From an uncultured Oscillospiraceae bacterium (GTDB lineage Bacteria; Bacillota; Clostridia; Oscillospirales; Ruminococcaceae), in the NCBI GenBank assembly GCA_964370195.1, contig CAYJIH010000001.1, forward strand, positions 92,621-156,620: a DNA stretch of 64,000 nucleotides, written 5' to 3'. This document shows positions 35,277 to 44,594 of this stretch, one piece after another. The position numbers were made by a program, and so were the translations under genes. Positions within the stretch are counted from its first letter, which is position 1, and every line of letters starts with the position of its first letter. Under the pieces are notes generated by a model. That model did not search any database and was not told the origin of the DNA. It saw only the letters and a list, made by a program, of their open reading frames with translations.

Positions 35277-35474
35277 ATGCCAAAGCTCAAAAGCCATTCG
35301 GGCGCTAAAAAGCGTTTCAAAATGACAAAATCTGGCCGTGTAAAACGCGGCAGTGCGTTCACCAGCCACATTCTGAACAAAAAAACCAGCAAAGTGAAAC
35401 GCAACAACCGTCATTCGCAGTATGTAGACAAAAAGGACACAGCTTCTGTAAAAGAGATGTTGCCATATTCCTAA
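35277..35474 (+). CDS. rpmI: 50S ribosomal protein L35
   Basis: [24 protein letters not shown]...H.L..K.... Confidence 0.95.
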   Translation: MPKLKSHSGAKKRFKMTKSGRVKRGSAFTSHILNKKTSKVKRNNRHSQYVDKKDTASVKEMLPYS

Positions 35475-35555
35475 GGCGTACAAATTGTAATATTCAGCCA
35501 AAATTTCCGCCTGCCGGCGAAAAGGCGGGCAAACGAGTAAAGGAGAGCAGACAAC

Positions 35556-35909
35556 ATGGCACGTATTAAAGGCGCCACCATGACGCGCAAAAGAAGGAAA
35601 AAAACCCTAAAGCTAGCCAAGGGATATTATGGTAGCAAATCGAAACATTTTAAAATGGCAAAACAGCAGGTGATGAAAAGCGGTAACTACGCATTCATCG
35701 GCCGCAAACAGAAAAAACGTGATTTCCGTCGTTTGTGGATTACCCGCATCAGTGCTGCATGCCGTGCAGAGGGAATGAACTATTCCAGCTTCATGAATGG
35801 GCTGAAAAAATCTGGCATTGAGCTGAACCGCAAAATGTTAAGCGAAATGGCTATCCATGATGCAGAGAGCTTCCGTGCTTTGGTACAAAAGGCCAAAGAC
35901 GCCAATTAA
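35556..35909 (+). CDS. rplT: 50S ribosomal protein L20
   Basis: [30 protein letters not shown]....[26 protein letters not shown]. Confidence 0.95.
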   Translation: MARIKGATMTRKRRKKTLKLAKGYYGSKSKHFKMAKQQVMKSGNYAFIGRKQKKRDFRRLWITRISAACRAEGMNYSSFMNGLKKSGIELNRKMLSEMAIHDAESFRALVQKAKDAN

Positions 35910-35910
35910 C

Positions 35911-35940
35911 TGGCGGGCATTGCCCGCGCACCCGCGCTTT
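35911..35940 (+). terminator. candidate terminator after rplT
   Basis: GC-rich hairpin GCGGGC-att-GCCCGC plus GCGC...GCGC, followed by TTTT. Confidence 0.45.
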
Positions 35941-36157
35941 TGTGTGGGTGCTTCGTGTTTTAAAGTAAAATGAAAAGGCACCATACGATCTTGCAATAAA
36001 AGAATGGATGGCGTACAAGCGATTTTGTTTTGATACAGAAAAGCTGAAAAAATTCCATCTGCATCCGATTTGATGGCATAGCCTGTGGGCGAAACAATCA
36101 AGGGGTTTGCGGTAATTATGGCAGGTTCGCATAAGCTTGTGCAACGGAGGCCACAGC

Positions 36158-36931
36158 GTGGAACACATCACAAGCCGAGAAAATGATAAGGTGAAATATG
36201 TCCGGCGTCTTGCGATGTCGGGCCGTTTTCGCGTACAAGAAGGCCTGTTTTTTGCAGAGGGGAAACGCCTTTGCATGGATTTGGCTGAAAGTGCCCCACC
36301 TGTGCTTGTGTTATGCACAGAAAAATTATTGAGTGAGCAACCACAGCTGGCCACATTGGGGGCCGAGTGTATTACAATTGGCGAAAGTGTGGCAGAAAAA
36401 ATAGCAGAAACACGCACGCCGCAAGGGTTGTTTTGTTTGTTCCCGTTGCCAATGCAGGAAAACAGCTGCCTGCAAGCGGAACAAGGGCTGGTGTTGTGCG
36501 AAAATGTGCAGGACCCGAGCAATGTGGGGGCTGTTTTGCGCAGCGCCGCAGCGTTTGGGTATGGTGGTGTGGTTCTTTGTGGGGGGGCCGATGCGTTTTC
36601 CCCGCGTGCCCTGCGTGCTTCCATGGGGGCTGTTTTACGCATGCCTGTGCATAGTTTTCAAACTTTGGAAGAAGCAGTTCAAGCGTTGCAAGGTAACGGG
36701 CTGCGCTTTTATGCAGCGGCAGGTGGTGGAAAAGTTCTTTCGCAAGAAGAGCGAATGGCAGAGGAGCCATTTGTTTTGATGGTTGGAAACGAGGGAAGCG
36801 GTTTGTCTCAAAAAGCGATGGAACTTGCGGATGAGACGGTGTGCATTCCCATGCATCGGGGCGTAGAAAGTTTAAACGCGGCGGTGGCAGCATCTGTGCT
36901 GATGTTTGCATTTAAGCAAAACCGACAGTGA
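36158..36931 (+). CDS. TrmH/SpoU-family RNA 2'-O-methyltransferase
   Basis: ITSRENDKVKYVRRL (N-terminal substrate-binding-like domain), QDPSNVGAVLRSAAAFG, MVGNEGSGLS, IPM....ESLNAAVAASV. The GTG at 36158 lies 7 nt after GGAGG. Confidence 0.85.
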   Translation: MEHITSRENDKVKYVRRLAMSGRFRVQEGLFFAEGKRLCMDLAESAPPVLVLCTEKLLSEQPQLATLGAECITIGESVAEKIAETRTPQGLFCLFPLPMQENSCLQAEQGLVLCENVQDPSNVGAVLRSAAAFGYGGVVLCGGADAFSPRALRASMGAVLRMPVHSFQTLEEAVQALQGNGLRFYAAAGGGKVLSQEERMAEEPFVLMVGNEGSGLSQKAMELADETVCIPMHRGVESLNAAVAASVLMFAFKQNRQ

Positions 36932-36976
36932 AATGTGTGATAGACAGAAAGGTGACAAACGAAGGGAGGGTGCGCG

Positions 36977-39103
36977 ATGACAAAGGAAAGTTGGCTGTGG
37001 CTTGCAGGTGGGCTTGGCTATGGAGCTGTAAACACAAAGGAGTTATTGACAGCGTGTCCAACCGGGCCCAAAGGTGTGTTAAAAGAGCTTGGAGGCATTG
37101 CGCTGGATGAGGTATTAACGCAGAAACAGGCAGAAAAATTGGCGTCGACAGACCCGGCCGACTATGCGCTGATGTTAAGCCATGCGGAAGCACAAGGGAT
37201 CCATGTCCTTCCCATTAACGACACAAATTACCCAAGGCAGCTTTATAACATAACAAACCCGCCTCTTGTTTTATTTGCAAAAGGGGACATCACTTTGCTG
37301 AACGACCAGCTTAGCGTGGGTATGGTGGGCGCACGAAAGCCATCTGGTTATGGTGTGGAAGCCATGCGAAACATTGGGCGTGGGGTGGCACTGGGTGGCG
37401 CCATTATTGTAAGTGGTTTGGCAGCCGGGTTAGACAGTGAGGCCCATAAGGCAGCGCTGGCTGTGAACGGGCCCACCATTGCATGCATCGCCTTTGGGCA
37501 TAACAGTTGTTACCCTTCTCAAAATAGAAAATTGATGGAGCTTGTTGAGCAATATGGCGTGGTGGTGAGTGAATATCCACCCAATCAAAAACCGGAAAAA
37601 GCCTTTTTCTTGCATAGAAACAGGTTGATTGCAGGCCTTTCCCATGCGCTTGTGGTGGCAGAGGCACGAAAGCATTCCGGTACAATGAGTACAGTGAATT
37701 TTGCCACAGAGTATGGGCGAGATGTGTTTGCTGTGCCGGGAAGTGTGTTTTCGGAACTTTCCGGTGGAACGAACGCAATGATACGCGAAGGTGCTTATTT
37801 AGCGGCCTGTGCTGCCGATATTATGTCTTTGTACGGAATAGAGTTGCCGGAGGAAGACTTAAGCAAACTGGCGGCAAAACAAGCAAAAGAGGGAAAACCT
37901 GTGGCGGCGCCGCTTACAAATACCACAAGGGTGGCAAGCAGTGCAGTGGGCGAGCAAACATTGCTGGAAGCGATACAAGGGCGTCTTTCACAGGATGCGC
38001 AGACGGGGGAAGAGCGTGTGAGCCGCGGGGCTGCAATTGACGCTTTTCGTCGTTTGCAGCAGGATATACCGGTCAATGCCGTGGGCGATGGAAGTGAGCG
38101 AAACCGCGCGCTGGAAGAGATGGTGGCCGCGGTAAGCGATGACGTGGTGATTCAAAAAAGGCCAAACACGGAGCGCAGTGCACAGCGCTTGGCCTGGGAA
38201 AAACAACTGGAAGAGCCAAAAGGCCGACAAACAGATAAAGTGAAGCCATTTAACTGGGACGGTGTAGAGCGGTTGTCTCGGGAAGATTTACAAAAAAGCG
38301 ATGAGGCATTAGAGAAGCAGGCGCGGCATAGCCGCGTGCCACAGCCGCCATATTATCGGCCTGCAATGGCACAAACGCAAGCAGCTTCGCCAATGACGAT
38401 GCCTTCTGTTATCAGGCCACAGGTACCAGCTTCGCCACAGCCAATTTCACCGCAAAGGCCGGTGCCAACTTCACCGCAGTTGTCGGTGCCAATTTCGCCA
38501 CAGCCGCAGGCAAATAACGGGGCGCCGTTTGCACAGTCGCAAGAGCAAACAGGGCAAAGGCCCTATGTTGTGAAAGAAGTGGTGGTGGGTGCGCCGGCAC
38601 AAATGGTGCAAAACGAAAAGCCGGCAAAAACCCAGGCGGCAACCCAAAAAGAGCGCGTGGTAAAGCAATCTGGTGGCATTTTGGCTGGGGCACGGATGCA
38701 AAATAGTGAAAGCACGGCGCTTTCCGGCCGTTTGCGCACCATGCAAAAACCGGCAGATGAGCGTGTGCACACACAAAGTATCAAACAAGACGGATTTATG
38801 AAAAAACCGGAAAGTGCGCCCCTTGCGCAGGAAGCGGCAAAGCCGAGGCACACGGCTGCCGAGCAGGTAATGGGGCTACAAAATGAGCCAGATATGCCGC
38901 GTAGTGAAGAGGATCTTTTACAAACAGTGAGTAAGGCTGCGAGGGCTGCCTTTAGCAAGTTGAGTATAAACCCACGTGGGCTGGCACAAATTGCCGAAGA
39001 AAGTGGCCTAAGTTCGGGCGAGGCAATGGCAGCGTTGACAGAACTGGAACTTGCAGGCCTTTCACGGCAGTTGCCGGGGCGGCAGTTCACCATTGTGCAT
39101 TGA
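36977..39103 (+). CDS. dprA: DNA-processing protein DprA with a very long internal low-complexity insertion
   Basis: The Rossmann-like core (GMVGARKPSGYG......G..LA..G..IVSGLAAGLDS.AHKAAL...G.TIA....G....YP..N..L.......G.V.SEYPP......F..RNR.IAGLS.A.VV.EA...SG...T...A.E.GR.VFAVPG) covers residues of about 60-290. A DprA-type winged-helix C-terminus (...GLSSGEAMAALTELELAGL...LPG..F) covers the last 60 or so residues. About 340 residues of P/Q/A/E-rich sequence lie between them. Confidence 0.85.
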   Translation: MTKESWLWLAGGLGYGAVNTKELLTACPTGPKGVLKELGGIALDEVLTQKQAEKLASTDPADYALMLSHAEAQGIHVLPINDTNYPRQLYNITNPPLVLFAKGDITLLNDQLSVGMVGARKPSGYGVEAMRNIGRGVALGGAIIVSGLAAGLDSEAHKAALAVNGPTIACIAFGHNSCYPSQNRKLMELVEQYGVVVSEYPPNQKPEKAFFLHRNRLIAGLSHALVVAEARKHSGTMSTVNFATEYGRDVFAVPGSVFSELSGGTNAMIREGAYLAACAADIMSLYGIELPEEDLSKLAAKQAKEGKPVAAPLTNTTRVASSAVGEQTLLEAIQGRLSQDAQTGEERVSRGAAIDAFRRLQQDIPVNAVGDGSERNRALEEMVAAVSDDVVIQKRPNTERSAQRLAWEKQLEEPKGRQTDKVKPFNWDGVERLSREDLQKSDEALEKQARHSRVPQPPYYRPAMAQTQAASPMTMPSVIRPQVPASPQPISPQRPVPTSPQLSVPISPQPQANNGAPFAQSQEQTGQRPYVVKEVVVGAPAQMVQNEKPAKTQAATQKERVVKQSGGILAGARMQNSESTALSGRLRTMQKPADERVHTQSIKQDGFMKKPESAPLAQEAAKPRHTAAEQVMGLQNEPDMPRSEEDLLQTVSKAARAAFSKLSINPRGLAQIAEESGLSSGEAMAALTELELAGLSRQLPGRQFTIVH
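38421..38510 (+). repeat. imperfect in-frame tandem repeats encoding (V/I)P-x-SPQ units
   Basis: DNA units ...ccagcttcgccacagcca / atttcaccgcaaaggccg / gtgccaacttcaccgcag / gtgccaatttcgccacagccg translate to QVPASPQPISPQRPVPTSPQLSVPISPQPQ. Confidence 0.7.
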
Positions 39104-39192
39104 TTGCAAGTGGGTTTGGATAGAAACAGAAGACCCCCTGCATGTCTTTTGAGTGAAAAATTCCGCAGAAACAGATAAGAATGAGGTAATGT

Positions 39193-41319
39193 ATGTCGAC
39201 ACTTGTAATTGTGGAGTCACCGGCCAAAGCAAAAACCATTCGAAAATATCTTGGCGAAGGATATGAAGTGACAGCATCGAATGGGCATATTCGAGATTTA
39301 CCGCCAAACCAGCTGGGTATCGATGTGGAGCACGATTTTAAGCCACGCTATTTTAATATAAAAGGCAAGGATAAACTTGTAAAAGAGCTAAAAGCAATCG
39401 CAAAGGGCAGTGAACACATTTTACTGGCAACTGACCCGGACCGTGAAGGTGAAGCCATCAGTTGGCATCTTGCGCAAATTTTGGGTGTGGATGTTGCGGC
39501 AAACAACCGCGTTACGTTTGGTGAGATAACAAAAAAAGGCATTGAAGAGGGAATGGCAAACCCACGCAGTATTGATGTGGATTTGTTTGATGCCCAACAA
39601 GCGCGCCGTGTGCTGGACCGGCTGGTGGGCTATAAGTTGTCGCCTTTTTTGTGGAAAAAAGTGCGTAGAGGCCTGAGTGCCGGCCGTGTGCAAAGCGTGG
39701 CCGTGCGTTTGATTGTAGACAGAGAGCGCGAAATTGAAGCGTTTGTGCCTGTGGAATATTGGAATATTGATGCACACCTTAGCGGCGAGAGCAAGAAATT
39801 TATGGCACGCTTAAGTGCAGATGAAAATGGAAATAAAATAGAAGTGCACACGGAGGCCGAGGCCAGCGCTATAACCGAGGCTTTGCACGGGTGCGACTAT
39901 ATTGTGAAGAAGATAAAAAAAGGAAAACGCAAGCGTAGCCCATCTCCGCCGTTTATTACGTCAACATTGCAGCAGGAAGCCAGCCGCCGGTTTGGCTTTA
40001 CCGGCACACGCACAATGCGCGCGGCGCAAACGCTGTATGAAGGTGTAGATATTGCCAATATGGGCACACTTGGCCTGATTACTTATATGAGGACAGACTC
40101 TCTTCGTATTTCCGATGAGGCTGTGGCACTTGCAAAAGAGTATATCAGCAGTGCATATAGCGAAAAATATGTCAACGAAAAAAAGCGTGTGTACAAAAGA
40201 AAAGGGGCGGCCAATGCGCAGGACGCGCATGAGGCAATTCGCCCAACAAACCCGGCAATCACACCGGAAATTGCCGAAAAGACATTGAGCGGAGACCAAG
40301 CAAAGTTATACCGTCTTATTTGGAGCCGCTTTATTGCAAGCCAGATGAGCGACTGCTTAATGGATACAGTGGCTGCCGATATTGCTGCAGGTAAGTATAT
40401 ATTCCATGCCAGCGGGTATACGGTTACATTTGATGGCTTTACCGTGCTTTATGAAGAAGCCACGGATGAAAAAGAGAAAAAAGAGAGTGCCCTGCCCAAT
40501 TTGCAAGAGGGCATGCAAGTGAAGTTGCGCGAGCTGAAAGCAGATCAAAAGTTCACCCAGCCGCCTGCGCGTTACAACGAAGCTACGCTGATTCGTGCGC
40601 TGGAGGAGAACGGCATCGGCCGCCCGTCTACGTATGCGCCCATTATAACAACCGTGGTGGATAGAGGATATGTAGAACGACAAGACAAGCGCCTTAGCCC
40701 CACCTCACTTGGGCTTGTGGTGAATGATTTGTTGATGGAGCATTTTCCCAATATCGTAGATGTGAAGTTTTCGGCCGGCATGGAAACAGATCTTGACAAG
40801 GTAGAGGATGGATCGGCCAATTGGGTGAAAGTGGTAGGCGGGTTTTACGAAGAGTTTGCACAAAGCCTCTCAAAAGCCGAAGCGGAGATGGAGGGCATGA
40901 AAGTGGAAGTGCCCGTGGAAGAAAGCGATATCCCATGCGATAAATGTGGGCGTATGATGGTGATAAAAGTGGGGCGCTACGGAAAATTTTTGGCGTGCCC
41001 CGGTTTTCCGGAATGCCGAAATACAAAGCAAATTGTGCAAGAAATGCCGGGCAAGTGCCCAAAAGATGGCGGCAAAATTTTGCTACGCACTTCCAGTAAA
41101 AAACGCATATTCTACGGCTGTGCCAATTATCCCAATTGCGACTTTATGACGTGGGATGAGCCAACGGCAGAGCTTTGCCCACAGTGCAGTGGAACATTGT
41201 TTAAAAAAGGTGGAAAAAAAGGCACGCTGCGCTGCTTAAAAGAAGACTGTGGATATAGCCGCAGTGTGGAAGAAGTGCCGGGAAAGGCACCGGAAAAACA
41301 GCCTGAAAACAGCAAATAG
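39193..41319 (+). CDS. topA: DNA topoisomerase I
   Basis: TLVIVESPAKAKTI.KYLG (Toprim), DPDREGEAISWH, ITYMRTDS (active-site Tyr region), and three C-terminal Cys4 zinc ribbons. Confidence 0.95.
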   Translation: MSTLVIVESPAKAKTIRKYLGEGYEVTASNGHIRDLPPNQLGIDVEHDFKPRYFNIKGKDKLVKELKAIAKGSEHILLATDPDREGEAISWHLAQILGVDVAANNRVTFGEITKKGIEEGMANPRSIDVDLFDAQQARRVLDRLVGYKLSPFLWKKVRRGLSAGRVQSVAVRLIVDREREIEAFVPVEYWNIDAHLSGESKKFMARLSADENGNKIEVHTEAEASAITEALHGCDYIVKKIKKGKRKRSPSPPFITSTLQQEASRRFGFTGTRTMRAAQTLYEGVDIANMGTLGLITYMRTDSLRISDEAVALAKEYISSAYSEKYVNEKKRVYKRKGAANAQDAHEAIRPTNPAITPEIAEKTLSGDQAKLYRLIWSRFIASQMSDCLMDTVAADIAAGKYIFHASGYTVTFDGFTVLYEEATDEKEKKESALPNLQEGMQVKLRELKADQKFTQPPARYNEATLIRALEENGIGRPSTYAPIITTVVDRGYVERQDKRLSPTSLGLVVNDLLMEHFPNIVDVKFSAGMETDLDKVEDGSANWVKVVGGFYEEFAQSLSKAEAEMEGMKVEVPVEESDIPCDKCGRMMVIKVGRYGKFLACPGFPECRNTKQIVQEMPGKCPKDGGKILLRTSSKKRIFYGCANYPNCDFMTWDEPTAELCPQCSGTLFKKGGKKGTLRCLKEDCGYSRSVEEVPGKAPEKQPENSK

Positions 41320-41374
41320 GAAGCACTGTTTACGCAGCTGCTATCAGCAAGAGTGCCCGGTGGAAAGGATGCGC

Positions 41375-42727
41375 ATGGAAGAAAAACATCAAAGGACAGT
41401 GCATGTGGTGGGTGGCGGCCTTGCCGGGTGCGAAGCGGCGCTGTGGCTGGCAAAACATAAGGTGCCTGTGGTGCTGTATGAGCAAAAACCATACAAAAAA
41501 AGCCCTGCACATAGCAGCGAACATTTGGCGGAACTTGTTTGTTCAAATTCTTTAAAGGCCGAGCGCCTTGCGTCGGCAGCGGGGCTTTTAAAAGAGGAAA
41601 TGCGCCGTTTAGGCAGCCGGTTGTTGGCTGTGGCAGAAGATTGCCGTGTGCCGGCCGGCGGGGCTTTGGCGGTGGACCGAGAACAATTTGCAAACGGTGT
41701 AACAGCACTTGTGCAGCAAGAAACGCAGATCCAACTTGTGCATGAGGAAGTGACAAACCTTACGCCGCTTTTGGAACAAGGAGATGTGCTGGTATGCTCA
41801 GGCCCATTAACGAGCGGGGCCTTGGCCGATGACATTGCGCAGCGCTGCGGTGAAAAATCATTGCATTTTTATGATGCGGCAGCCCCCATTGTGGCCGCAG
41901 ATTCTATTGATTATACAAAGGTGTTTGCCGCGGCTCGCTATGGGCGTGGCGAGGCCGATTATTTAAATTGCCCGTTTGATAAAGCGGGATATGAAGCGTT
42001 TTACGAGGCGCTTATTGCAGCAGAGCGTGCGCCTTTGCACGAGTTTGAAAAGGAAGTTCCTGTGTATGAAGGGTGCATGCCGGTGGAAGTGATGGCTCGC
42101 CGCGGGCCAGACACTTTGCGCTATGGGCCGCTTCGTCCGGTGGGCCTTACAGACCCGGCCACAGGGCATAGGCCATACGGTGTGGTGCAACTGCGAAAGG
42201 AAAATACGAAGGCGAGTTTATACAACCTTGTGGGTTTTCAAACAAACTTAAAGTTTTCGGAGCAAAAGCGCGTGTTTGGCATGATTCCCGGTTTGGAGCA
42301 GGCAGATTTTATGCGTTACGGTGTGATGCATCGCAACAGTTTTATCAATGCGCCTGCGTTGCTATGTGAAAACATGAGTTTGAAAACGCAAAGAAACCTT
42401 TTCTTTGCCGGGCAAATTACGGGCGTGGAAGGATACATGGAAAGCGCGGCAAGTGGCCTGTTGGCAGCTCGTGGCATTTTGGCCAAACGGCAGGGGAAAA
42501 CACAGCCACTTTTGCCACAAGAGACAATGTGCGGTGCACTGCAGCGGCACCTCTTTACGACGAATACCAATTATCAGCCGATGGGGGCCAATATGGGGTT
42601 GCTTCCGCCCTTGCCAGAGCGCGTGAAGGGAAAACAGCAGCGATATGAAGTTCTGGCCATGCGGGCACTTTCTCAACTAGAGGAGTGGATGCAACATCAT
42701 GAGGATGAAAATGCGCCGGTAGAATAG
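41375..42727 (+). CDS. trmFO: methylenetetrahydrofolate--tRNA-(uracil54-C5)-methyltransferase
   Basis: VHVVGGGLAGCEAA, ELVCSNSLK, AGGALAVDR, FFAGQITGVEGY.ESAASGL are the TrmFO/Gid pattern. The ATG at 41375 lies 6 nt after GGAAAGG. Confidence 0.9.
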   Translation: MEEKHQRTVHVVGGGLAGCEAALWLAKHKVPVVLYEQKPYKKSPAHSSEHLAELVCSNSLKAERLASAAGLLKEEMRRLGSRLLAVAEDCRVPAGGALAVDREQFANGVTALVQQETQIQLVHEEVTNLTPLLEQGDVLVCSGPLTSGALADDIAQRCGEKSLHFYDAAAPIVAADSIDYTKVFAAARYGRGEADYLNCPFDKAGYEAFYEALIAAERAPLHEFEKEVPVYEGCMPVEVMARRGPDTLRYGPLRPVGLTDPATGHRPYGVVQLRKENTKASLYNLVGFQTNLKFSEQKRVFGMIPGLEQADFMRYGVMHRNSFINAPALLCENMSLKTQRNLFFAGQITGVEGYMESAASGLLAARGILAKRQGKTQPLLPQETMCGALQRHLFTTNTNYQPMGANMGLLPPLPERVKGKQQRYEVLAMRALSQLEEWMQHHEDENAPVE

Positions 42728-42801
42728 GGCTTATAAATACTACGGATAGAAATACAAAATAGATACGATGAACCGGCTGTAAAGGCGGAAAGGAAAACAC
42801 G

Positions 42802-43806
42802 ATGAAAATTATTATCGATGCCATGGGAGGCGATTTGGCGCCACAAGAACCGTTAAAAGGGGCAGCGCAAGCTGTGCAGGAACTTGGTGTTGAAGTGATT
42901 GCCGTGGGTGATGTGGATAAAATGCAAGCTGTGATGCGCGAAGAAGCGATATCGGCAGAGGGCATTGAACTTGTTCATGCCAGCGAAGTGATTGGCATGG
43001 ATGAAGAGGCAACAGATGTTTTGAAAAAGAGGCCGGATTCATCGTTGGCTGTAGCATGCCGTTTGCTGAAAGAGCAACGTGGCGAGGCGCTTGTTTCGGC
43101 CGGCAGCACGGGTGCACTTCTTGTGGGGGGCACCTTGCTTGTGGGGCGTATTAAAGGCATAAAGCGCCCTGCCATTGCCACTGTGCTTCCCGGGCTTGAA
43201 AAACCGTGGTTGCTTGTGGACTGTGGTGCCAATGCAGAGTGCAGGGCCGAGATGCTTGTGCAGTTTGCGGCCATGGGGGCGGCATACCAAGAGCGTGTGA
43301 TGGGTGTGGAAAACCCCGGTGTGGCACTGGCAAACAACGGAAGTGAAGAGACAAAGGGCACAGCACTGCAACTGGAAGCGTATAGCATGCTGAAAGCAAG
43401 TGGGCTGAATTTTATGGGGAACATCGAAGGGCGCGACATTCCGTATGGTAAGGCAGATGTTGTGGTGTGCGATGGTTTTACAGGCAATATCATTTTAAAA
43501 GTGGTGGAAGGCCTTGCAAAGGTGTTCTCTTCGATGATGAAAGATATGTTTTATAAGAATGCAAAAACAAAGGTGGCCGGCGCTATGCTAAAGCCGGAAC
43601 TTGCTGAATTCAAAAAGAAATTTGATTATAAAGAGTACGGAGGGGCGCCTCTTTTGGGCATTCAATACCCGGTGTTAAAAGCCCATGGTTCTTCAGACGC
43701 AAAAGCGATAAAAAATGCCATTCGGCAGGCGAAAAATTGTGTGGAAAGCAAAGTGTCGGAAGCGATAGAACAGCATCTTGCCGCACAGAAGGAGAAAGCT
43801 GAATGA
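42802..43806 (+). CDS. plsX: phosphate acyltransferase
   Basis: MKIIIDAMGGD.AP, SAGSTGAL, VCDGFTGNI.LK, GG..LLG.....LKAHGSSD. Confidence 0.93.
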   Translation: MKIIIDAMGGDLAPQEPLKGAAQAVQELGVEVIAVGDVDKMQAVMREEAISAEGIELVHASEVIGMDEEATDVLKKRPDSSLAVACRLLKEQRGEALVSAGSTGALLVGGTLLVGRIKGIKRPAIATVLPGLEKPWLLVDCGANAECRAEMLVQFAAMGAAYQERVMGVENPGVALANNGSEETKGTALQLEAYSMLKASGLNFMGNIEGRDIPYGKADVVVCDGFTGNIILKVVEGLAKVFSSMMKDMFYKNAKTKVAGAMLKPELAEFKKKFDYKEYGGAPLLGIQYPVLKAHGSSDAKAIKNAIRQAKNCVESKVSEAIEQHLAAQKEKAE

Positions 43807-44504
43807 GTGCACCGCAAAAGCCGGACTACCAATGCTTAGAAGAGGACATTGGTTATCAATTCAAAAACAAAAAACTTTTGGAAACTGCCTTAACACACAC
43901 CTCTTATGCGAACGAAAGTAAGCGCGACATACAACATAACGAGCGACTGGAGTTTTTGGGAGATTCGGTGCTATCGATTGTGGTGGCGGAAAATCTGTTT
44001 CAAAAAAAACCGCCCTTGCCGGAAGGGGATTTAACGCGAAAGCGTGCGGCACTGGTGTGCGAGCAAGCGTTGAGCGGTTTTGCAAAACGGTTGAACCTTG
44101 GGCAATATCTGCGCCTTGGAAAAGGGGAAGATGCCACCGGTGGGCGCGGCAGGGCGTCTATTTTGTCGGATGCATTTGAAGCGTTGATAGCGGCTTTGTA
44201 TTTGGATGGAGGCCTAGAGGTAGCAAGTGAATTTGTATTGCGTTTTGTAGAGAGTGGCCCTGTGGCAGGGGAAGATTATAAAACGCGTTTACAAGAAGTG
44301 GTGCAGCAAAACCAAGAGGAGCGTGTTCGTTATGTGGTTACAAGCGAAAGTGGGCCGGACCACGACAAACAGTTTCTTGTGGAAGTGCAGTTGAATTCCA
44401 ATTGCATTGGAAAAGGCAGTGGGCACAGTAAAAAAATAGCAGAACAACAAGCGGCAAAAGAGGCTTTGGTGCTAATGGGGCTTGTAGAAGAAGACAAAGA
44501 TTGA
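43803..44504 (+). CDS. rnc: ribonuclease III
   Basis: NERLEFLGDSVL (signature), DAFEALIAALYLD, C-terminal dsRBD (KT.LQE......Y......GPDH.K.F.V.V). ATGA overlap with plsX. Confidence 0.95.
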   Translation: MSAPQKPDYQCLEEDIGYQFKNKKLLETALTHTSYANESKRDIQHNERLEFLGDSVLSIVVAENLFQKKPPLPEGDLTRKRAALVCEQALSGFAKRLNLGQYLRLGKGEDATGGRGRASILSDAFEALIAALYLDGGLEVASEFVLRFVESGPVAGEDYKTRLQEVVQQNQEERVRYVVTSESGPDHDKQFLVEVQLNSNCIGKGSGHSKKIAEQQAAKEALVLMGLVEEDKD

Positions 44505-44594
44505 TGGATTGAAGTGGCGCCATCAACGTGGCGGAATGTGCTGCAAAAACAAAAGGTTACACACGGTTTTTGTTTGGAAAGGGAACATAGATAT

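Noticed and set aside
35851-36642. 263-aa minus-strand ORF opposite the rplT end and the trmH-like gene.
   Set aside because: It is antisense to a gene with clear SpoU/TrmH motifs. The translation is Ala/Arg/Pro/Cys-rich, as expected for the reverse frame of GC-rich coding DNA.
38421-38510. Short tandem DNA repeats that could be mistaken for a CRISPR-like or VNTR array.
   Set aside because: The units are about 18-24 nt, imperfect, without spacers, and lie in frame inside dprA, where they encode a Pro-rich repeat. I report them as a coding repeat instead.
41127-41756. 209-aa minus-strand ORF across the topA/trmFO junction.
   Set aside because: It is antisense to two well-supported genes and has no SD or recognisable motif.
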